Below are positions 56,800 through 64,000 of a DNA stretch of 64,000 nt, piece by piece; positions within the stretch are counted from its first letter, which is position 1; every line of letters starts with the position of its first letter. Both the position numbers and the translations under genes were made by a program. Source of the stretch: an uncultured virus (IMG/VR IMGVR_UViG_3300032093_000023) (taxonomy: Duplodnaviria > Heunggongvirae > Uroviricota > Caudoviricetes); IMG/VR virus record IMGVR_UViG_3300032093_000023; one strand, given 5' to 3'. The notes beneath the pieces are model-generated. The model saw only the letters and a list, made by a program, of their open reading frames with translations. It made no database searches and was not told the origin of the DNA.

Positions 56800-57823
56800 A
56801 TTACAAAAACCAATTTACGATTGGATTTTATCAAATCCCGGATATTTAAAATGTAGTCCTAAAGTAGTATCTAAATATTATCCTAAGAAAGCTAATTCTA
56901 AAAATATTCAAATAGCATTAGAACAAGCTAGGGTAACTTGTAAACAAGCTAATATTAAACCTGTAATATCTTTACAGCAGATTAGAAATGGTGTAAATGT
57001 TGAGAAAAAAATTAAATTTACAAATGATTTACAGTTATCTAAACCTACAATTAGAGGTCAAAGATATTTAACTCCTGGTATGTATATTGTACTAGGTTGT
57101 GTACATGCACCATTTCACTTAGCCCCTGCATTTAAAGCTGTTGAACAATTGTTGCATGATAACAAATCTGAAATAGTTGGGTTAGTGTTAGATGGTGATT
57201 TTACAGATATAAATTCACTCAGTAATCATGATAAAGGTAGAAAACCTATTCCAGGTGTAACATTAGATTGGGAATACAAAGAATCTGAAATTTTATTAGA
57301 TAGTTTACTAAATCCTTTAGCTTCAAATATTGCTAAAATATTTATTTACGGTAACCACGAGGATAGATATAATAGATATATGTCTGATATCGATAACTCT
57401 AAGTTAGGGGCAAGTTTACAATCTCCTATTGAGGGATTAAAGCTTGTACAAAAAGGGTTTGATATTTATGAAAACTGGAAAGAAGATTTTGTTACATTAG
57501 GTCATCATTTAGATGTATCTCACGGCGAATTCTATAACGTGCATAGCGCTAAGAAACACATAGATACTTATAGAAGATCTATTTTATATTACCATACTCA
57601 TAGAGTGCAACAATATATTGAAGGTGCTGTAGGTGGTTATAATGGTGGTTCTATGGCAGACTTTAATGCCCCTGTATTTGGATATGCATCAAGAGCTATG
57701 AAAAACAGTTGGCTTAATGGATTTAATACTGTTCATATAGATGAACAAGGATTTTATCATATTCAACAAATAGTTTGTTATAACAACAGCTTTGTATTTG
57801 GTAATAAAATTTATAAATATTAA
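56786..57823 (+). CDS. Calcineurin-like metallophosphoesterase
   Basis: GCVH, GDFTD, GNHEDR, SHG, HTHR. Confidence 0.85.
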   Translation: MKLNKLQKPIYDWILSNPGYLKCSPKVVSKYYPKKANSKNIQIALEQARVTCKQANIKPVISLQQIRNGVNVEKKIKFTNDLQLSKPTIRGQRYLTPGMYIVLGCVHAPFHLAPAFKAVEQLLHDNKSEIVGLVLDGDFTDINSLSNHDKGRKPIPGVTLDWEYKESEILLDSLLNPLASNIAKIFIYGNHEDRYNRYMSDIDNSKLGASLQSPIEGLKLVQKGFDIYENWKEDFVTLGHHLDVSHGEFYNVHSAKKHIDTYRRSILYYHTHRVQQYIEGAVGGYNGGSMADFNAPVFGYASRAMKNSWLNGFNTVHIDEQGFYHIQQIVCYNNSFVFGNKIYKY

Positions 57824-58212
57824 ATAAGTTATCCCGATAGTGAAGGTGCTAGGTTTACACTATAAGTTGGCTGCTTTAAAGCTAGGTTTTCTTTTCTAGG
57901 TTTCTAGATTCTGTACCTGTATCATTAATAGAGGGGACGTTGGACTCGTCAGAGGATAACTTATTTACACATTAAATAACTACACATATTAGTTTAACCT
58001 TAACCTTTTAAAGAAGTTAGTTTATTTTTTACACCTAATGTATTGTAGTTATTTGAAAAGATTGTACCAAACAACCTCTGTATATGTTCAAATGTTTGAG
58101 TTCCTTGAGTAGAAGCTAGCTCTAATCTCAAGTTGCTGTATAAGATTAGTTTTTATCTAGTGCTTATACAAAACTCCTAAGCAAAAGTCGGGGATTTTTA
58201 AATTATTAAATA

Positions 58213-58509
58213 ATGGAAAAGGTAGAATTAAATAGTGAAAAATTCCTTAGATTTGTAATTAATTACATGTTAAGAGAATTTGATGCAGATTATGAATCTG
58301 TGAAGAAGAAACAGATGTATGGTAATACACCTTGGTTTCAATATTATTGGGATACACCAGAAACTAAAAAACAGTTTTTAGATTGGTTAAGAGAATTTAT
58401 TAAAGCAACTGTTAATTACAAACCAAACTCAATTGATGATATAGTTGAATCTATAGATTTAATGTGGGGGTTAAAAGTATATGAAGATGAAAGTAATATT
58501 AAGAAATAG
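58213..58509 (+). CDS. Hypothetical protein
   Basis: ORF track. Confidence 0.55.
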   Translation: MEKVELNSEKFLRFVINYMLREFDADYESVKKKQMYGNTPWFQYYWDTPETKKQFLDWLREFIKATVNYKPNSIDDIVESIDLMWGLKVYEDESNIKK

Positions 58510-58882
58510 TATCAAATGTAATCATTGTAATGATGAAATAGAATCTAAACATAGACATAATTTTGTTACATGTAAATGTGGTAAAGTTAGTGTTGACGGT
58601 GGTAAAGATTATGGTAGAATATTATACACTGAAGAATCTGATTATACAGATACTTCAATCTACGACGATGGAACTCATGAATTAAGAAGACAATATCTTA
58701 CATGGGGTAATAACTATGATAAAGATATGAATAGATTACCTGAAACAGTTTATACTTCAATTATGAACATGACAAGTGAACATATTCAAGCAATACTAGA
58801 TGGTGGATATGCAAATAGAAATCCATTTTATAAAGAATTATTTAAAGAAGAACTTAAATTTAGAATTAATGAATCAGTCTAG
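58481..58882 (+). CDS. Zinc-ribbon protein
   Basis: KCNHCNDEIESKHRHNFVTCKCGKVSVDGG. Confidence 0.7.
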   Translation: MKMKVILRNSIKCNHCNDEIESKHRHNFVTCKCGKVSVDGGKDYGRILYTEESDYTDTSIYDDGTHELRRQYLTWGNNYDKDMNRLPETVYTSIMNMTSEHIQAILDGGYANRNPFYKELFKEELKFRINESV

Positions 58883-59066
58883 ACAAGAAGGATATTATTG
58901 GGTTAAGTATAAAGATGGTCCATTTTCAGTTGCTTTTTGGAATTTAAACTGGATGAGTAACAAACCTTGTTGGGCTGTAATAGGTAATGAAGATATGTGG
59001 CAAGATTCAGATTTTGAACATATTAATGAAGTAAGAATTAAAGAACCTGGTGAATTACCAGATTAA
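58800..59066 (+). CDS. Hypothetical protein (probable start at MNQSRQ)
   Basis: EGYYWV motif. Confidence 0.5.
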   Translation: MVDMQIEIHFIKNYLKKNLNLELMNQSRQEGYYWVKYKDGPFSVAFWNLNWMSNKPCWAVIGNEDMWQDSDFEHINEVRIKEPGELPD

Positions 59067-59072
59067 AATTAA

Positions 59073-59465
59073 ATGATGATAAAAGGAACTAGAAATCAAT
59101 TATACAACATTACTAATGCCTCTCAAGGAGAAACTAAGAAAGTATTAACTGTTTGTTCAGCAGGATTATTAAGATCTGCTACATTACAAAATATGTTAAT
59201 TAGAGAATATGGTTACAATGTAAGAAATTGTGGTACTGTAGAATCTTATGCATTAATACCTATTAGTGAAGCTCTGGTTAAATGGGCTGATGAAATAGTA
59301 TTTGTTAATCAAGAGAATTATAATGATGTTAAGCATGAAATAGATACTTTAGGTATTTCTTACAAATGTTACATATTAGACATACCAGACATGTACAACT
59401 TTAATGATCCTGAATTGGTAAGGATTTGTAAAGAGCAGTATGAGAATAAACAAGTAAAATATTAA
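59073..59465 (+). CDS. Low-molecular-weight protein-tyrosine-phosphatase-like protein
   Basis: VCSAGLLRS (Cx5R), WADEIV, LDIPD. Confidence 0.85.
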   Translation: MMIKGTRNQLYNITNASQGETKKVLTVCSAGLLRSATLQNMLIREYGYNVRNCGTVESYALIPISEALVKWADEIVFVNQENYNDVKHEIDTLGISYKCYILDIPDMYNFNDPELVRICKEQYENKQVKY

Positions 59466-59469
59466 ACTA

Positions 59470-60687
59470 ATGGAAAATATAAACTCAGTTTGTTATATAA
59501 ACAAAATTAATAAAATTGAATCTATTGAAGGTGCAGACAAAATAGAATTGTGTACTGTTAATGGATGGACATCTGTTACCCAAAAAGGCATCCATAAAGA
59601 AGGTGATTTGATATTATGTATTACAACTGATGCAGTAATACCTGAAGATTTAGCTACGCAATGGGGTTGTATTAGCTATCTTAGAAATAAATCTAGGGTT
59701 AGAACAGTTAAACTAAAAGGTGTTTATAGTGAATGTATTTTAATCCCTTTAAAAGATATATTAACTAAAAATACTTTTAAAGAAGGTCAAGATTTATCTG
59801 AAGATTTACAAATATTTAAATATGAACCTCCTGTGAGAGAAATGTTAAATGTAAGTGTTCCTAAAGTATATTTTAAATGGAATAAAATACATAAATTTTC
59901 AATGTGGAGATCATTTGTAAATTATAAAATTAATAAACTTAGAAATAAGTTTAAAAAATATTATAAAGATAATGTGAATTTTGATAAATATTATAAATTT
60001 CCTAATCAAAAGAATACTCCACACATGTTTAGTGAATTAGATGTAGTTGTAATTACTCGTAAAATGCATGGAACTAATGCTAGATATGGTATTGTTAAAA
60101 AGAATCTTATAAGTCCTTTAGATAAACTTAAGAAATTATTTGGAGATGAATGGATAGAATATGAATATGTCTATGGTTCTCATAATGTAGAAAAAGGTTC
60201 TGATTCTCAAGGTTTTTACTCTACAGATGTTTGGCAAGAAATTGCTGATAAGTATCAAATAAAACAGTTACTTTGGGGATATGTTAAAACTAATTATACT
60301 CCTAAATTATTAGGTAAAGGTATCATTATTTATGGTGAGATATTTGGACCAGGTATTCAAAAGAATTATGATTATGGGTATGAAAATATAGAATTTGAAG
60401 CTTTTGATATTCAATTTAATGGAGAATATTTATCTGATTTTGAATTTCAATCTAGGATTAAAGATATACTAACTGCTCAAAATGTAGTTGATTATTTATA
60501 TGAGGGTAACTGGTCTAAAGAAATTCAAGATAAATTTGTATTTAATAACTTTATTGAGAATTCTAAAGTACCACATGAAGGTGTCGTAGTTAAATGTATA
60601 TCTGGAGATAGGAAGAAGATTTCTAAAGTAATTAATCCTGACTATTTAACTTATGGAGAAAAACATGGAACAACAGACTCACATTAA
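59470..60687 (+). CDS. RNA ligase (DRB0094/Rnl2-Rnl5 type)
   Basis: IEGADKIE N-domain, KMHGTN, GEIFG, FDI, EGVVV, KVIN. Confidence 0.9.
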   Translation: MENINSVCYINKINKIESIEGADKIELCTVNGWTSVTQKGIHKEGDLILCITTDAVIPEDLATQWGCISYLRNKSRVRTVKLKGVYSECILIPLKDILTKNTFKEGQDLSEDLQIFKYEPPVREMLNVSVPKVYFKWNKIHKFSMWRSFVNYKINKLRNKFKKYYKDNVNFDKYYKFPNQKNTPHMFSELDVVVITRKMHGTNARYGIVKKNLISPLDKLKKLFGDEWIEYEYVYGSHNVEKGSDSQGFYSTDVWQEIADKYQIKQLLWGYVKTNYTPKLLGKGIIIYGEIFGPGIQKNYDYGYENIEFEAFDIQFNGEYLSDFEFQSRIKDILTAQNVVDYLYEGNWSKEIQDKFVFNNFIENSKVPHEGVVVKCISGDRKKISKVINPDYLTYGEKHGTTDSH

Positions 60688-60736
60688 AATTTTAACAGAT
60701 CATCATAATCGAAATACTAATTAATATTAGTAAATT

Positions 60737-60773
60737 AAAAACCCTCCTAGAGAAATCTAAGAGGGTTTTTTTT
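60737..60773. terminator. Bidirectional intrinsic terminator between convergent operons
   Basis: aaaaaccctc-ctagagaaatctaa-gagggtttttttt. Confidence 0.8.
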
Positions 60774-60795
60774 ATTCACCGCAAGTATTAAGATA

Positions 60796-63636
60796 TTATT
60801 TAGTCCTATCTACATATTTTGAATTATCAAATAAGTCTGGTAAGTTTTGACCTAATTGATTATAACCAGGTAAAATAGAACCTAGACTTCTATAAAACTT
60901 ATTCTCACCTTTATGTGAACCTGCTTTAACTTTATAATCTCTTATATAAGCACCATAAGGTAAATAAGTTACTGTAGTAATTACTGAATTAGCTAATTTA
61001 GTTACTGCAAATGGTGATTTAGACATTGCTGTAACATTCTTAGGATTAGCAAAGAATAGTATATCACCAGATACTTTATCTAATTGATTCATAGTTTCTT
61101 TATACCAAGCAGATCTTTTACGTTTTTCATCATCATCCCAACCTAAAGCCATTGCACCAACTATTGTAGCTAATAATATTACAGCTTCAGTTAATGTTTT
61201 TTTAGCATTATAGACTTCTAATTCAGTTAATTCACCTTTCTGGATTCTATCTAAAGTATCTTTAGCATTTCTAGCTAAATTAAATACTGTTCTCCACCTA
61301 CCTTCAGTATCTACCATTAATCTATCACTAAACTTCTTTTCACCAACTCTAGATTCAATAGCTGCAGGAATCCACTTCTTAAACTGAAAAGCTAATCTGG
61401 CCCATACATTTTGATTTAATATAGCCGCATCTCTAGTAGAATACCTACCATGTATCTGTTCATTAACTCCCATAATTCTAGTAGAAGTTCTTAACATATA
61501 ATCTTGAAAATCAGCTTTTGTACCAAAATGTTTTAAATATTCAAGTTTAACATCACCTTTATCATCAATCATTTCCCATAAACTAGTTTTACCATCAGGT
61601 TTAGTATGTAACATCATGGCAACCATTGTTCTAGTTTGTAAGAATACCTCACCTGCTTTTTGTGCAGAGTACATATAGTTCTTTAACTTCTCACCTGTTA
61701 AACCTTGTCTAATACTAACATTGTTAGCATATTCATAATCAGTAAGTTCTTGTAGTATAGGATAACGTTCTACTAAAGCATTCATTTTAGAATCCTTAGA
61801 AAAAGTTTGTCCAAAGAACATTCCTGAAGCTTTATTTAAATCTGAAGCATTAAAGAATCTCCCTCCAGTAGCTTCAATAATATTACCAATTTCACCTACT
61901 ACAACGTTAGTAAAGGCTGTAAATGGGTTTAAACCTATTCTTAATAAACTATTCCAATTTAATGCAAAGTCTGCTAATTCACCAGCTTTAATCACTTTCT
62001 TACCTGTAACATTACCATCAGTATCATATAATGTTTCCACAGTAATCTCATCTCTACCTTTAGTCTTCTTACCTAATATCTGCATATCAATTACTGCATC
62101 TACCATTTCATAGATATTAGACTCTTTACCATCAATTAATTCATTAGCTTTATGAGGATTAATAAATTTATTATCAGCTAAACTTCTTTGTAATAATCTA
62201 GTTTGAGGTAATATTTCAGAAAGTTCTTCATGTTCAATAGCCATTGCTGCAAACTTAAATAAACTTTCACCTAAGTCTTTAGATTTATTATCTCCAGTTA
62301 ATTTAGTAATATATTGAACAGGAATAACATCTCTTTCTAAATTAGCGTCTTTTACAAAATCATCTTTACTAATTTCATATCTTTTCATCCCAGTAATATA
62401 CTTAACTAATCCTTTAGTTTTACCCCAAGTTCCTTCAATTTTTAACACATCTGCTAATGATTCTGTATATAAATTAGGTATAAAATCTTCGGGATGTTCT
62501 TTTAACCACTGAGTCTGTCTATTAATAGGTAACTTTTCTACAGCTTCTTTAATAGTTTTTTGATAAAATTCATAAAAAGCTTTTAATTCTTTAGTTTTTT
62601 GGATTTTAACATAATTAGGATTAGTATATTTTAACTTATCAATTGGTACAAATTTACCTAAAGTTTCATCATAAGTTGCTATTTTATAAATAGAACCATC
62701 TTTAGCTTTACGAGATTCAGATAACTTATTATAAAACTCCGTAGTATAAGGTCTAGTTAATACTGTAGTTTTATCTGTATCTTGAATAAATAAAGAATAA
62801 ACTTCCTTCATAGTCATATTATTAGACTTAGCATATTCTTTTAACTTTTCAACTTCAGATTTTACATCTTCATAAACTTTACCTTGATTACTAGAAATAC
62901 TTAGTTGAGTACTTTTAATTAATGATCCCACAGTTCTAGCAATAGTGTTTTCAACATTAGTTAATGCACCAGTATACTTTTCAAAACCACCAATATCTTT
63001 TTGTTCAGATTTTAATTGTTCAAAAGTTTTACCTTGTTTAATATTAGCTTGTTTTTCAACAGTAGTCTCAACAATATGTTTAGCAATATTTAAAAATCTC
63101 TTTTGTAGTTCATCAACTCTAGCTGCAATTTCAGGTAAAAAGTATAAACTATCTAATCTTTCAGATAATTCAGCTACTCGAGAAATCTCAGTTTCTCTAC
63201 TACCCATTTCATAAGCTTTAATTAAACCTTCAATATTATCTAAATCTAATTCTGCTAATTCATATAAATAAGCTTTATTATTACTAACTTCATATTTAGC
63301 TAATAAATCTTTCATATTAGCCTCCATAGCTTTAAACTTATCATAACGAGGAGTGCCTTGAGGGGTCTTAGCTAATATGTTAGTAACATTAGCAATACTA
63401 CGTTTTAAATTAACTACTTGTTCTTTAAACTGTTCTTGAGGTTTAACTTCCTCAACTTTAGGTTTTTCAACTTTAACTTCTTTAATTCCTGGTAAATCTT
63501 CTAGTGTAGGAAATGAATCTACACCATGTTCTTTTTGCCACAAACTAACTTTAAGTTCTAATATTATTTGAGGTAATTTACTTTGCATTAATAAATGCTT
63601 GAACTCTTGAGAGTTAATATTTATACAACTAGCCAT
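60796..63636 (-). CDS. Large helical virion/cargo (ejection-type) protein
   Basis: 946 aa; QIHGRY...QFKKWIP motif and C-terminal hydrophobic segment typical of podoviral internal proteins; location matches the crAss giant-gene block. Confidence 0.6.
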   Translation of the reverse strand: MASCININSQEFKHLLMQSKLPQIILELKVSLWQKEHGVDSFPTLEDLPGIKEVKVEKPKVEEVKPQEQFKEQVVNLKRSIANVTNILAKTPQGTPRYDKFKAMEANMKDLLAKYEVSNNKAYLYELAELDLDNIEGLIKAYEMGSRETEISRVAELSERLDSLYFLPEIAARVDELQKRFLNIAKHIVETTVEKQANIKQGKTFEQLKSEQKDIGGFEKYTGALTNVENTIARTVGSLIKSTQLSISSNQGKVYEDVKSEVEKLKEYAKSNNMTMKEVYSLFIQDTDKTTVLTRPYTTEFYNKLSESRKAKDGSIYKIATYDETLGKFVPIDKLKYTNPNYVKIQKTKELKAFYEFYQKTIKEAVEKLPINRQTQWLKEHPEDFIPNLYTESLADVLKIEGTWGKTKGLVKYITGMKRYEISKDDFVKDANLERDVIPVQYITKLTGDNKSKDLGESLFKFAAMAIEHEELSEILPQTRLLQRSLADNKFINPHKANELIDGKESNIYEMVDAVIDMQILGKKTKGRDEITVETLYDTDGNVTGKKVIKAGELADFALNWNSLLRIGLNPFTAFTNVVVGEIGNIIEATGGRFFNASDLNKASGMFFGQTFSKDSKMNALVERYPILQELTDYEYANNVSIRQGLTGEKLKNYMYSAQKAGEVFLQTRTMVAMMLHTKPDGKTSLWEMIDDKGDVKLEYLKHFGTKADFQDYMLRTSTRIMGVNEQIHGRYSTRDAAILNQNVWARLAFQFKKWIPAAIESRVGEKKFSDRLMVDTEGRWRTVFNLARNAKDTLDRIQKGELTELEVYNAKKTLTEAVILLATIVGAMALGWDDDEKRKRSAWYKETMNQLDKVSGDILFFANPKNVTAMSKSPFAVTKLANSVITTVTYLPYGAYIRDYKVKAGSHKGENKFYRSLGSILPGYNQLGQNLPDLFDNSKYVDRTK

Positions 63637-64000
63637 TATTTACATTGTTTTTTATATTCATCAATACTTTCTTGTGATATTCCATATTGATTAGAATCAT
63701 CCTTAGAATTAACCCAGTCTTTAAAACCTTCTATATCTTGTTTAGAACCTAATATATGTATTTGTTTTTGAGTTTTAACAAAGTGTTGTATACCTCTTTC
63801 ATTAGTAATAAGATTAAAAGTTGTTTCATTTGTAATATCAGGATTATTTAAAATTACAGCAACTATTTCTCCATAATTTTTAGCAGCTTTTTGAGAGGGT
63901 GTAAAATAATATCCGTACCCTAATTCCCCACTTTCATAAGCCCTATCATCATCAGATGGATATAACTCAGAATTATTTTTAAAACCTTCTGTAAATATTT
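63636..64000 (-). CDS. Partial large protein, C-terminus with an ART-PolyVal-like domain
   Basis: Open frame from the window end: GELGYGYYFTPSQKAAKNYG ... QIHILGSKQDIEGFKDWV; stop overlaps the next ATG. Confidence 0.55.
   Translation of the reverse strand, partial: IFTEGFKNNSELYPSDDDRAYESGELGYGYYFTPSQKAAKNYGEIVAVILNNPDITNETTFNLITNERGIQHFVKTQKQIHILGSKQDIEGFKDWVNSKDDSNQYGISQESIDEYKKQCK

Noticed and set aside
32811..63214. Antisense ORFs 32811, 33939, 35050, 46975, 47820, 48387, 52212 and 62945
   Set aside because: They overlap real genes, introns or RNA elements on the opposite strand and show no recognisable motifs.
1..64000. Stop-codon reassignment (TAG or TGA), known in some crAss-like phages
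   Set aside because: Core genes are full length in code 11, TAG terminates MCP and other genes, the breaks in dnaB and the ATPase are explained by introns, and no suppressor tRNA is seen.

Overview
This 64 kb window is an AT-rich slice of a crAss-like (Crassvirales-type) podovirus, probably infecting a Bacteroidota host, read in standard code 11. Positions 1-23150 (minus strand) hold the virion module: tail/fibre genes, ring protein, major capsid protein, scaffold, a ferritin, portal, large terminase, an IHF-like protein and an endoVII-type nuclease. Positions 23300-60700 (plus strand) hold early accessory genes, many structured intergenic segments, tRNA-like elements, PolA, a MoxR-AAA/VWA pair, a nucleotidyltransferase, prim-pol, a Tad2-like protein, an SF2 helicase, DnaB and an AAA ATPase (each split by a group I intron with a homing endonuclease), primase, exonuclease, a sigma-like protein, a phosphoesterase, a phosphatase and an RNA ligase. 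Positions 60796-64000 (minus strand) hold large virion/cargo-type proteins. The main unexplained structure is a 2.1 kb array (27391-29540) of seven attC-like hairpins (TAACG...TGTTA). For four consecutive segments, the two ends of the segment between hairpins are 15-19 nt inverted repeats of each other, which is the signature of integron-style gene cassettes. Two ORFs read in the same frame through the putative crossover, and no integrase is visible in the window. Also notable are three anticodon-less tRNA mimics, a small ORF ending in a copy of a capsid-protein segment, and a family of early proteins sharing a C-terminal tag. All family assignments come from motif recognition by eye, not database searches.
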